Assembly (NCBI GenBank): GCA_002189035.1
Contig: NEEC01000020.1
Location: 310,001-374,000, forward strand
DNA: 64,000 nt
From: Utricularia gibba
Lineage: Eukaryota > Plantae > Magnoliophyta
Reading direction: 5' to 3'
Positions 12,611 to 24,078 of the stretch are shown here, piece after piece. Position 1 is the first letter of the stretch. Each line of letters starts with the position of its first letter. Below the pieces are notes generated by a model. It made no database searches, was not told the DNA's origin, and was given only the letters and a program-made list of their open reading frames with translations. Position numbers and translations under genes: made by a program.

Positions 12611-13866
12611 TCAATTCACTGCTCTGCAATTCTTTCTCACTTCACCGGTCTCTATAACTCCGACGTTCCCCAATCTCACCATTGCCGCAGCGAAGGCCTG
12701 AAAGAACAACGTCTGATTCCTGGCGAACGAGTCCACCGTGGATTTGGTACGGGTATCGCCGTAGAGTCCTTGATCCGACGAGAAAACTCCCATTCCTTTG
12801 ACGATTCTCTTGTAATAATCGTTGTCGAAGACGGTGGCCGTGGAGTCCAGCAATTGGCCGGCGTTTCTGTCGGTGTTCAGTTTCGGACACTGATTCTGAA
12901 GAGTGGCGGCGAATTTGGAGTTCAGCGTGGGATCAACGCCATTCGTGGAGTTGAAATTGCGAAGGCGTGAGTTGAAAGAGGAGCAGTGCGAGAATCCGAG
13001 AGTGTGGCCGCCTGACAGCGCTACGAGGTCATTCGCCGATAAGCCACGGCTGGAAAAGCTCTGGATTAGTTGCGAGGCGCTGAACGTCGGCGCCGGGAGG
13101 TTCACGGTGTCATTCGCATTCGAAACTCGCCCGTCCTTTCTTCCCTTGAGCACGCCCCAATTCGGCCCCCCTGCCTGCGATTGAAATCGATTCGATTAGG
13201 GTTTGCTCGTTGATTTGGTGAGCGAATCAGTCAGTATACCAAGACGACAACGTCTCTAGCGGCAATCGCGATTATATCCGCGCAGGAGACGATCCGAGGG
13301 CAAGCTTTCTCCAGCCGCCGCTTGGCGTTGTCGATGACGTAAAATGCAGCTAAAGAGACATTCGGCGGGCCGTCCTTCTCCGCCTTGTTCCCCGGCGTCG
13401 AATCCAACAGCACCGACGCGTCACATCCCTGCACAGTAAGCACATGCCATCCACTCACCATCATACATACCATGCATGCATTACAAATGATCCCATCCGT
13501 CCATCACTACAAGATCCAGCGGTTCCACTAATACCATTAAATAAAAAAATTATAATATCATTAATAATAAATTATATTCCATGCAACTCCCGCATTTGCG
13601 TAAAAAAATTGATGCATGTTGTACCATGGAGCAAAAGCAAGCCCCACGCTTACCCTCACGAAGCAGTCATGGAAGAACATCCTCAGAATGCGAGGGGAAA
13701 CTCTAGGATCGTTCCTCACGGCCTTCGCCACCGCACCGGAGACGATCCTCTCCGCCCGAGGGCACGTCCGCGCGTAGAAATTCACGTCGAGCGCGGCCGC
13801 CGTGTCGCGGAGCCCCGCCACCGCGAGCAGAACCAGAAGCAGAGAAGAGCCGAATCGGAGAGGCAT
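12611..13866 (-). CDS. PER66: Class III secretory peroxidase (PER64/PER66 group); 3 exons 13866-13654, 13428-13240, 13174-12611
   Basis: Signal peptide, distal motif [34 protein letters not shown], proximal [14 protein letters not shown], and C-terminal [11 protein letters not shown]. Confidence 0.93.
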
Positions 13867-14574
13867 TGCGAGGTTGGATGCTCCGATGTGGATAGGAGCG
13901 GTGAGGCCCCGGGAGGGCGCCATTATATGCAACTAAGGGAAAGTTTTCGGTTGCATGGATTTGATTGGTGAACGAGAAGATGTTGAGCGTAAACAAGAAG
14001 CATCCCACTTTCTCCATTACATCGATTGCTAATAACAACTTTTTCGTGCTCCCACATAATTGAGCATGTGAGTTTTTTTTTTCCTCGGATAATAGTGATT
14101 TAAATTATTTAGGATGTGTGTTGATAGGTCGGATAGTAAAATAGGATATATAATAATTATTTTTAGTAAACATGTTTGTTATTCATAATTTTTCTAGAAT
14201 GAAAATGTAGTTTATAAGAAATAAATATATTATATAAAATTATTCTTATTTAAATAAAATACATTTTATTCTATAAAAAATGATAAAAAAATGAAGGTTT
14301 AATTTTTCTAGGATAAATAATGTTAATTTTATATTATCAAGGTTTAATATAAACATTGTTTTGTAAAAAATGATTAAGAAGTGAGAATAAAGCTTTTAGT
14401 TGGAATGATTAATCAATCCACCCTTTTAAAGGCGTTAAAATGTTTCCATCAGGTTGGGGAATGAATTGAAGGACAAGGAATCATTATAAAAGAAAATGTT
14501 GAATACATGTAACTCATCTTTGGAATGAATCCGATTTCGGCATGACGGAATTCATAGGATTATGTTTTGATATG

Positions 14575-14790
14575 AAACTCGATTTTGATCGATCAAATCC
14601 GAGTTTGATTGAACTTGATTTTGATCGATTAAGTTCGAGTTTGATTGATGGATGTATATATTTTTAATTTTTTATTGTATTGTATTTACATAAACTTGAT
14701 TTTGACCGATTGAGTTCGATTTTGATTGATTAAATATGTATAATTTAATTTTGTTGTTATATTTACATAAATTTGATTTCAGTCGTATTA
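14575..14790. repeat. Nested tandem repeat: core of about 32 bp (GATTTTGATCGAT.AA.T.CGAGTTTGATTGA) x3 within units of about 81 bp
   Basis: Cores at about 14581, 14617 and 14698. The longer unit, including an AT-rich tail ending TTTACATAAA, repeats at about 14617-14697 and 14698-14775. Confidence 0.8.
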
Positions 14791-15146
14791 GGTTAATTTT
14801 CGGTATCAGAGAATAATGATTAATAAAAAAATGAAAGTTCAGGTGTTAATTCATACGGACACCTCCTATTCGCTCCTACTACATAGAAGAGGAGATTCCA
14901 ATGCATGATTCATACATATGAAAATTTGTATGATCATTCTATTCTATATTTTCCTCTTCCTTATTTGTAATCGATATTTAAGATAGTGATAACTTATTAT
15001 TGTTATCTAAAAATGAACAACTTGATAAGATTCACATATGATATACTTTTAGGATTTTTATTCGAAATATTTAGAATACAAATATGAAACCATTTTCTAG
15101 AATCTCAAATATATATTAGAAATTCCATGTGGTTGAATTAATTATT

Positions 15147-16982
15147 ATGATTAAAAAAAGAGTAGGAATCATCGAGGTACGGCGAGGACACCATGCATGC
15201 CTCCACCGGCTTGGGACGTCATCCGACTTGTCGCAAAATGCAGGCGACGGCGGTGGCCGGGAAGGCGACCGACTCTCGGGGATTCATCGGACTTCTGTCG
15301 GAGAAATCCATGGTCATTTCATCAGAACTTATCAGCACAAAATGCCCCATGCTATGGCGCCGGTTATCAAGTCTTATGCTCGGTCTCCAGCATCAATTGG
15401 AAAGGCCCTGTTCGCATTCGAGGAGATAGAGAACCCCACATTGCCGGTTTGGAATCATATGATTCAAGGGCTGTGTAGCAGTGATTCTCCTAAAGATGCC
15501 CTTAAACTGTTCGATAGAATGTGTGAACGAGGTTTGATGGTGGATAATCTTACTTGTATTTTTATATGTAAAGCTTGTGCGAAAGTTGCAGATATTTTAC
15601 GCGGAAAAAGGGTTCATACTCTGGTTTTGAAGCTTGGGTTTGGGTCTTATCTCTTTGTTTGTAATGCTTTGATTCATATGTACGGTTGTTGTGGTGATTT
15701 GGGGTCATCGAGGAAGGTGTTTGATGAAATGGGCGAAAGAGACTTGGTATCTTGGAACTCGTTGATATGTGCATACAGTCAGTGTGGGAAAAACAGAGAG
15801 CTTTTGGCTCTTTTTGACATGATGAGAGCCAAAAATGTGAAAGCTGATGCTGTGACAATGGTGAAAGTAGTTTTAGCTTGTGACTCTTTCGGAGATTCTG
15901 AACTTTTAGATGCTTTAGTGAGATATATTGATGATAATTGTATTGATATTGATGTTTACTTGGGAAACACACTGATTCATGCTTATGGAATTCGAGGTTC
16001 CTTAACCATGGCAAGGAGCTTTTTTGATAGGATTACTAAGAAGAATTTGGTTTCATGGAACTCGATGATAATTGCTGCTGCAAGGTCAGGGGATTTGGAC
16101 CAAGCAAAGAATTTGTTTGACGAGATGCCTCAAAGAGATGTCATTTCGTGGACTTCTTTGATCTCAGGGTATTGTCAGGGAAACAGACCTAAAGATGCAA
16201 TATCATTATTCCTAGAGATGATGGCAGCCAAAATCAAGCCTGACCAGACTACGTTAGCAAGTGTGCTCTCTGCTTGCGCTCAAGTTGGAAGACTTGATAT
16301 GGGGAAGACAGTCCATGATATTATCAGGACTAAAAATATAAAACCTGACATTTATATCGGCAATGCTCTTATAGATATGTACTGCAAATGTGGATCTGTT
16401 GAAGGTGCACTGAAGGTGTTTCATAATCTGCAAGACAGGGATTCCATTTCATGGACATCTGTCATTTCTGGGTTGGCAGTGAACGGTGATTCTGAGCATG
16501 CTCTTCAACTCTTTTCGCAGATGTTACGAGAAGGAGTGACACCCATTTATGGGACATTCGTTGCGATATTACTTGCTTGTGCTCATGCTGGCCTGGTTGA
16601 AAAAGGCCTGCATTTTTTCTCCATTATGCAGAAAGATTATGGCTTGACACCTCAAATGAAGCACTACGGGTGTGTGGTAGATCTCCTTTGTCGAGCGGGA
16701 CACCTGGATAGAGCATATCAGTTCATCAAGGAAATGCCAGTATTCCCAAATCCTGTGATATGGAGAATATTTCTTAGTGCTTGCAAAGTTCATGACAATC
16801 TGGTTTTCGCCCAAATTGCAACTGAAAAACTCGTTGAGTTGGATGCTGATAACGGTTTGAACTATGTGCTATCATCAAACTCTTATGCCAGTGCACAGAA
16901 ATGGGACGATGCCATCAAAATGAGAGAGTTAATTGACAAAGATCACATCTTCAAGCCCAATGGCTGGAGTCGCATGCACTAA
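15147..16982 (+). CDS. PLS-class pentatricopeptide repeat protein with E domain (PCMP-E), single exon; start codon uncertain
   Basis: Repeated P/L/S motifs (VSWNSLI, DVISWTSLISGY, GNALIDMYCKCG, KHYGCVVDLLCRAG) and an E-domain end (NYVLSSNSYA...KPNGWSRM). No DYW. In-frame ATGs at 15147 and 15342. Confidence 0.92.
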   Translation: MIKKRVGIIEVRRGHHACLHRLGTSSDLSQNAGDGGGREGDRLSGIHRTSVGEIHGHFIRTYQHKMPHAMAPVIKSYARSPASIGKALFAFEEIENPTLPVWNHMIQGLCSSDSPKDALKLFDRMCERGLMVDNLTCIFICKACAKVADILRGKRVHTLVLKLGFGSYLFVCNALIHMYGCCGDLGSSRKVFDEMGERDLVSWNSLICAYSQCGKNRELLALFDMMRAKNVKADAVTMVKVVLACDSFGDSELLDALVRYIDDNCIDIDVYLGNTLIHAYGIRGSLTMARSFFDRITKKNLVSWNSMIIAAARSGDLDQAKNLFDEMPQRDVISWTSLISGYCQGNRPKDAISLFLEMMAAKIKPDQTTLASVLSACAQVGRLDMGKTVHDIIRTKNIKPDIYIGNALIDMYCKCGSVEGALKVFHNLQDRDSISWTSVISGLAVNGDSEHALQLFSQMLREGVTPIYGTFVAILLACAHAGLVEKGLHFFSIMQKDYGLTPQMKHYGCVVDLLCRAGHLDRAYQFIKEMPVFPNPVIWRIFLSACKVHDNLVFAQIATEKLVELDADNGLNYVLSSNSYASAQKWDDAIKMRELIDKDHIFKPNGWSRMH

Positions 16983-17455
16983 GGGACGCAGCCGAAGATC
17001 TGCTTTGCTTGAGTTAAAAGATGAATTTTATATCTTCACCCCTGTGAAAGAATCTTCATCTGGATGGCGGCATAAATGGCTGATTCTTGTTTCTGACCAT
17101 TGGTTTGGTGACATCGTCGAGAGCTCTTACAATCGACTCAAAGAAGCAGGTGAGGGCTAAAGGCCCTTGGTTCACTAGGTACCCTTCCCATGTAGCTCAG
17201 CACAATATGTGGCACAACTTTTTGATCTTGAATTCTAATCACATCTGTATTTCCTTTGATAAATTACACCCCAAATCGGGGGTAAAACATGTACAGTAAC
17301 TGAAGTTTAATTTTTATATGTTACAGCGACAAAGTGGAACCAGAAGCTGACAGAAGAAACTGGTGGTCAACGATTATATGTTCCTTTTTTTATCAACACC
17401 AGGGTACGGAAAATGCTTGATGACTGGAAGTTCAGCTAGTTGAACAAATATTCAA

Positions 17456-17917
17456 CTAGCTACAGTTGCAAGTAGAATTCATGATAAAAAATTCCGGTCA
17501 TCAATGAAGCGGCCAAAGTGAATCCCATCTTGAAATCGTTGAGAAGAACAACAGGGAAGGTGACCTTTAGGTCTGCTGTAAGCGAATCTGGTCACATACT
17601 CCGTTATCAGAAGATTGCAGCAATGACATCATTCACACCCAATGCTCCAAATGACAGAGATTGTCTGTACCACATAGAAACAAGCCACCCAAGAAGGATA
17701 TTTTTCCACAAAGTGCCCTTCTTGTTACCTCAGGTACGATCCGTACAATGTCTACCAACCGTTTCGGTGTGTCGATCTCCTGCACAGGTCGGATTCTGTA
17801 AAACTGCAGCGAGAATCGTAATGAACTAGTGGTTCTTGAACTTCCACAACGGAGGCTTGGTGCTACTGGTCTGTAACTTTGAAGGCAAGCAGACGCCAAA
17901 GGCGCTACCTTTGCCAT
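17456..17917 (-). pseudogene. NPQ6: Ycf20-like/DUF565 chloroplast protein (NPQ6 type), disrupted
   Basis: An intact transit-peptide-like N-terminus and RLVDIVRIVPE are followed by family motifs scattered over different frames: RRAL.G.IS.LGG, FYVVQTIS, SFGALGVNDVIAA, LITEYVTRF.YSRPK, VTFPVVLLNDFKMGFT and G.FID. At least five frameshifting indels plus loss of a segment of about 9 codons. Confidence 0.8.
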
Positions 17918-19193
17918 TTCCAACAGCTTAAAAATGGATCCCTATCAGTTATCTGCGTCAACGTCCTGAAACAGACGATTCTCAGTCAATGAATAACAGG
18001 AGAAATTCCAAGGCGAAGTCCCAACCAGATGCATACTTTTCCCAGGTTTCATCTTTCGACCAAATGCTCATAGAAAGAGGAAAAGAACCCTAAGCCCAGC
18101 AATCGGCAATTGCTATGGCGAAAAGGGTCGAGATTGAGTAATGGAATTGGGGAAAAATGCTACATGGCGCCTGAGATAGGGAGACAGGGAGAGAGAGAGT
18201 GAGTGAGTGGAGAGTGAGGTGATCAAAAGCCGAGGGACAGTGATACGGCGTCGTATTAGGCGACCAAGTTGTCTCCAGGGAAGCCATAAATGCGTACTTG
18301 ACGTGGTAACTGGTAAATTTTGGAGAGGGATGAGCAACTTGCAAGTTGCATTTACCATGCCGAGTTTAAAGTGAAAAGCTTTGAAAACAATTTTAGAAAG
18401 GAGTGAAGTAGAGAGGACAAAGAACAGCAAACAGAAGAAGAGAGGGGTGTGGGTCTTTTCGCTCATTCACGCTGAGTTGGCCCACCGCCCATGTCGTCGT
18501 CTCCCTCCTCCAGTCGAGTTGTGTAAGCTGCTGAATCGCAACTCGCATATTTGCTGAGTTTGTTCTGTTGTGTAGACCCCTGATTGTGTTGCGCTTATCA
18601 ACTTTTGGGGCAATTTCATCAATTCCCCCATCGGAAAAGTTCGATTCTTGGCATCTTTCTCGGCAGTTCCTGGATCTGGGGGATCGTTTTTCAGTGCTAT
18701 TTTTCTGGTGGGTCTTTGATTTTGCGATTGTATGTTTACTTGGGTTTTCCTTGAATTGTCGTAGAATAGGGCTTTGTTTGCTTTGTTGCTTCGCGTTCAT
18801 ATCTCCCTTTTTCCTTTGGTATCAGTTTAAATCGATTGGACTTTTTTCTTTTGATGTTTGGTCGCATGCCTTATTTTGATTTTTCGAAGATTGCGTTCCT
18901 TTGAACTCTGCTTTTCTTGAATTTTCAGATCCAGCAACCGTGTGCGAATGAAGGATTGAAACTACACTCTTCTAGGGGGAATTTGCGGATATACGTTTCA
19001 TATTTCCATGGTTTAAAAACACTTCCAGCTGTCTGAGGCAACTGCTCCATGACCTCATCATTTATCTCTTCGTTGACTTGATTAGGTTCTCTGCTGGTTT
19101 TGACTATTTGAAGTCCATAATACAAACCAGAAGACATTGACTCTAGTATCCTGTTGTCTTCCTTGAGAATTTGAGGTTAGTTTAAGCTGTAGT

Positions 19194-20997
19194 ATGGCTG
19201 TTTCCTTTGGGAACAGCCATTTGGTATCACCATCTTCGTGTTTGTGCCGCTGTTATAGAGTAGCTAGCTTGAAAGAAACTATTTTGGGGTGTAAAGAGAC
19301 GTCGAATCTTCATGATCGCTATATTCTTGGGAAACAATTGGGATTGGGGCAGTTTGGTGTGATCAGGGAATGTGTTGACAAATTCAGTGGAGAGGTTCTT
19401 GCTTGCAAATCTATTTCTAAGGACAGGCTAGTCACTCAGGAAGATGCAAATAGCATCAAGCTCGAGATCGAGATTATGGCTAGGCTGTCTGGCCACCCAA
19501 ATGTGGTTGACCTCAAAGCCGTTTATGAGGAGGTAGATTATGTGCATCTGATAATGGAGCTCTGTGCTGGGGGTGAGCTTTTCCACAAGCTAGAAAAGCA
19601 TGGGAGGTTTTCAGAATCGGAGGCAAGGGTGCTTTTCACTCATCTGATGCAAGTTGTGGCATATTGTCATGAAAACGGTGTTGTTCACCGAGATTTGAAG
19701 CCTGAAAATGTTCTCCTGGCAACAAAATCATCTTCTTCTCCTATCAAGTTGGCGGATTTTGGTCTTGCAACCTACATTAGCCCAGGTTCGAATTCTCACA
19801 CCTTTGCTAACCTTCTCATGCGTTTTCTACTAGTTTTGACATGCTTAGATTCTGTTTGAGCAGGAAAGAGTCTAAATGGAATAGTTGGAAGCCCGTTTTA
19901 TATTGCTCCTGAGGTTCTCTCTGGTAGCTATGATCAGGCTGCTGATGTCTGGAGTGCTGGTGTAATTCTTTACATTCTTCTAAGTGGGATGCCTCCATTT
20001 TGGGGAAAGACAAAGTCTCGTATATTCGAGGCTGTTAGAGCAGCTGACTTGCGCTTTCCTTACAATGTTTGGGACTTTATATCAGATTCAGCAAAGGATT
20101 TGATCCAAGGGATGCTGTGCAGGGTTACCTCCAAAAGGCCAACTGCTCGCCAGGTTCTTGGTGAGATTTCAGTTCAATGTTCATATGCAAAGCATTTTCT
20201 CTCAGCCTTTTGTATATAAATCTGAACCCTTCAGTCCCTGATAGTGTTGCATTGTTTAACAGAGCACCCTTGGGTGAAGAATACGATACCGGTTTCGATT
20301 GATCCACTAAAAGTTCATGATCAGAGTCTGGGGCTGGTTTCAGAGCAAAGTTACACACCATCATCCTTCATGGCTAGGAGTCAGGATATCAGTTTTGGGC
20401 TAGGAACTCCAATCATCCCTGATGTGCAGTCTCTTTGTTTTACTTGCAAATCATCCTTCTCTTCTTTTCCGAGCATCTCGTTCTCGGCATCACAGGAAAC
20501 CATTGGATTTACCTTCCATAACAGCTCTGGAACTAACACCGTTGAACTCTCCCCCACTGTCATTGCATTACCGAGCTTTGCTTTCTTTGGTAGCGAACAT
20601 GATGCTGAACAGGAGATGAGATCTGCAGATGCCAATGGTGATTCCTCTAGAACCAGCCTAATCCTTCATGGTATGTTGCTCTCTTTTCAACACTAAACAT
20701 GATAATGCCTACAGTTTTGTTCTGAAAAATCATCAAGCTATTCTTCTCACGCTTGTTTCATTTCACAAACTGCGTGATGCAGCATCCTCTGATCCAGGGT
20801 TGAAGGCGGGTGAGCTGCGCAACACCGGTTCCGGCAACATTCCGAGAAGGGCCGGGATACAGAGCCGGAGGAACCGCACGATCAGTCTCGGAGAGCTGGA
20901 GAACATCGACCTTGTTGTCACAGAATCAGTCATAAGATGGGCTTCCTGCACGAATCTGCCTACAACCACTTCTCTCCGGCTGTCCCTCGTATGCTAG
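19194..20997 (+). CDS. PEPKR1: CDPK-related Ser/Thr kinase without EF-hands (PEPC-kinase-related, PEPKR1-like); exons 19194-19785, 19864-20160, 20263-20670, 20783-20997
   Basis: GLGQFG loop, LACKSISKDRL, HRDLKPEN, DFG, GSPFYIAPE, a Ser-rich tail with no calmodulin-like domain, and C-terminal IHSRRNRTI-like GIQSRRNRTISLG. Splice sites are canonical. Confidence 0.9.
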
Positions 20998-21175
20998 ATT
21001 GTCGAAGGCCGATTCCGAGCTCCGCCATCGGAGTCCGATATGCCGTGGAAGATGTTCCTCTTCAAGTTTTTGACGCTGACAATGTGGACCAGTGTGTGGA
21101 TTAGGTGTAATACTTGTAAGGAGTTAGCAAACGTTATATCAGAACATTGGTGTGTTAGAGGCTTACATTTTCTAA

Positions 21176-21400
21176 GGGTATGTTTAGTTTAGAAGTTTAT
21201 AGAATTATATAAGTTTAAAAGTAGAATTATAAATTATAAGGTGTTTAATTGATTAGTTTAAAAAATTTCGATTACACAGGTTTTTTTTAGTCTATTGTAC
21301 GTGAATTTATCTAAAACTATCCAAATTTACATTCATAATTTAAATTATATTATAAATATGGTAATAAATTAACTTGTCAAATTTACATCCAAACACGCAT
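21176..21400. mobile_element. Possible Tourist/PIF-like MITE relic
   Basis: Left end GGGTATGTTTAG is preceded by TAA. Right end CCAAACACGC reads GCGTGTTTGG on the reverse complement. The right TSD does not match. Confidence 0.3.
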
Positions 21401-21456
21401 CATTGCTGAGTTAAAAAATGATGGCAAGTGTGGAGTTGCATGCTTATTGAGATTTG

Positions 21457-23287
21457 TAGACTCTCGTAAAGGTGGGTTCGATTCGAACCAGAACCGCAAT
21501 TTGAATCGAAACCATCGATTCTGATTCAGGTTTGGTTCGGCATAATTGGAATCATGGAATCGATGGTTTCGACTCGTGTATGCATCTTAATGTTCATGAT
21601 TCCGAATCGTGAATTGTACGGTTCGAATTAAAAAATTAAAAAAATTAAATAAATGTATATTATTTTATACATTTTCTCACACACCCATTCAATGCAAATA
21701 GGTGTTTGTAAAATTTTCTCAAACATACCTTCCAAGACACACTCATCATAAATGTGGGTACCTAGAAAATAGTCTCAAGTGCCCTCACGACACACTTACA
21801 TGAGCAAATGCAGGTGGTCGGAGAATGGTTTAAGATGTTCTTCCCAAACACGCACAAGCCAATATGGGTATTTGAAAAAATATTCTTATTATCTATAAAA
21901 ATAGATGATAGTTTGATATTAATTTAAAAAATACAAAATATTTACAAAATATTAGATAAAAGTTCGATATTAAAATGTAAAATAAATATAAAAAATAACT
22001 TTATTGATTTTATATAATTTTTAATGTTATTATATTTATTTTCAAAAATATAATTTTATTGTATATATTTTAAATTATTGATAATTTTATTATTTTATTA
22101 ATTTATTTCATTTATTTAATTCACAAATTATATTGATATTAATTATAATTTATTAATGTATTTTACAAAATACTCTAAATTAAGACATTTTATAAATTAA
22201 CATAATCTATCACATAATATATTCAATAAAAAGTAACAATATTAAATATTCAATAAATGTGTATAAATTATTTATAAACGATTATGGATAATTATTAAAT
22301 TAATATTATAAATTATAAAATTAGAATGAGATTTTGAAGTCACGTATAATGATTTTTAAGGATATCTCTAATGTCTCGACAGTATGTACTTTAAAATTAG
22401 AGTTGTGGTTAAAAATGATTTGTATACTCTGATCCATTATTGAGAGTGTGTGAGATCTTCTTTGGAGTCTAGATTGATAAGGGTGTCTAGAAACTGTTTC
22501 GCAAAACAGACGTGAAATATGTAATGTTAATTTTGTAAATATAATCTATTTAATTCTTTTTATTTTTAGTTTTTAAAATATATTAGGTTTGAAAAAACTT
22601 TTTGAAATAAATAATATTTTTATTTTAATTTAAAAAATACATAATACTTATAAGATATTATATAAAATAATTATATAAATATTTTGATTTTAAAAAATAA
22701 AATATATAAATAATAATTCTATTCACTTTATATAATTTATAATTTTATTGTATTTATTTCAAAAAATTTAATTTTATCAAATGTATATTTAAATATTAAT
22801 AATTTAATTATTTATTTTATTTATTTAAATCATAAATTATATTAATTTTAATTATACTTTATTATAATATTTTATCAAATAATTTAAATTAATTTTTTAT
22901 ATAAATTAATATATTATATTATATAATATATCTATTTAAATACAAAAATTAATATTATTAAATATATTATTTGATAATATCAAAATATAATCAATTAATA
23001 ATTATTAAAAATTTCATTGTCAAATATTCATAATGATTCATATGGATACTTGAAAAATATCTATAAACAATAAACGATCAGTTTAGGTTATGATTCAATT
23101 CACAAATCTTGATTCCAATTTTGAATCGAAACCATCCATACGATTTCGGTTTCGATTCAATTCAAGCTTTCGGGATAAGGTTTCGAATTGAAACCAAACT
23201 ATTGTCCATGACAACCATGGTTTCAGAACCGACGATTCGTTAGAACCGTTCGATTCTCAACCGAAACCGTATAGTTTAGAACGTCTG
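21457..23287. mobile_element. Non-autonomous hAT-like element relic with subterminal GAACC/GAATCG/TCGATT repeat clusters
   Basis: Dense motif clusters at about 21476-21630 and 23085-23280 share TTTGAATCGAAACCATC. The interior has four degenerate units of about 55 bp (about 21675-21890) and an AT-rich direct repeat of about 300 bp (about 21900-22190 versus 22600-22890). TIR and TSD are not convincing. Confidence 0.45.
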
Positions 23288-24078
23288 GTAGCAATAGGCA
23301 GAGGTGAATACCAACACAAGTCATAACTGATACGGCATCATTATGATGTCAAAAACAACAATACTGTTTCCACATGCTTCCAACATCCATCAAACTGCGA
23401 GTCATGCTACACATTCATTGGTTGCAACATGATCTAAGTGTCAGGGGACTTGAAGCATAAAAAAGAGCTGCCCATCGTTCCAGAAACACATTTCCAACTC
23501 TCTCCATGTGTTGCATGGGTAACCAACAAGTTCAATCAGCATCAGAACAGGATGCATTGAGTTTATTATACCTTAAGAAATGTGAAGTCAAACAACCAAA
23601 CTCTGCTGGATTGGCCGCTGGAGCAGATGCAGTCTCATCTGCAGTGTCAAATGGGAATGTCAGCTCGAGAAATGGAACAAATTTCAGCAACTACCCTAAT
23701 CAAATGGGCTAGAATTTTTTTTTTCTTCAATTTCATATGGAAAGCAACACGAGGGGGGAATACCAACATCAGCACAAATGTAATAACTACATCTGCATTT
23801 TGTACAATAACGCATAGCAAGGTGTGTTATGAATTAAGAAAAAGAAAAAACAAAACAAGAATACAAAAACAGCATATGACAAAGGTATGTAGCTAACTAC
23901 TTTTGGTTCACGAAGCCAAATGTGATCATAATACTTTGATAAATAAGGGCCAACATTATAAATGGGCATCGAAAGCATGTGACCACCGGCAATTAGCACC
24001 AATCCATTAAAAATACAGAATACTACTACAGGGGATTGATCTAGGGTTTCCAGCGCGATCCAACAATGACAGGGAGAC

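Noticed and set aside
14575-14790. Repeat-spacer appearance suggestive of CRISPR
   Set aside because: Eukaryotic context, spacers are themselves repeated, and there are no cas genes.
17340-17365. TGACAGAAGA resembling the start of miR156
   Set aside because: The match stops after 10 nt and there is no fold-back partner.
18925-19137. 70-aa minus-strand ORF in the kinase leader
   Set aside because: No recognisable motif, and it overlaps the leader exon of PEPKR1. Probably chance.
21476-21495. GGTTCGATTC resembling a tRNA T-loop/B-box
   Set aside because: No cloverleaf or A-box. It is part of the subterminal repeat cluster.
22330-22500. Possible hAT transposase C-terminal remnant (KDISNVSTV-like peptide)
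   Set aside because: The similarity to the dimerisation motif is too short and too interrupted to support without a search.
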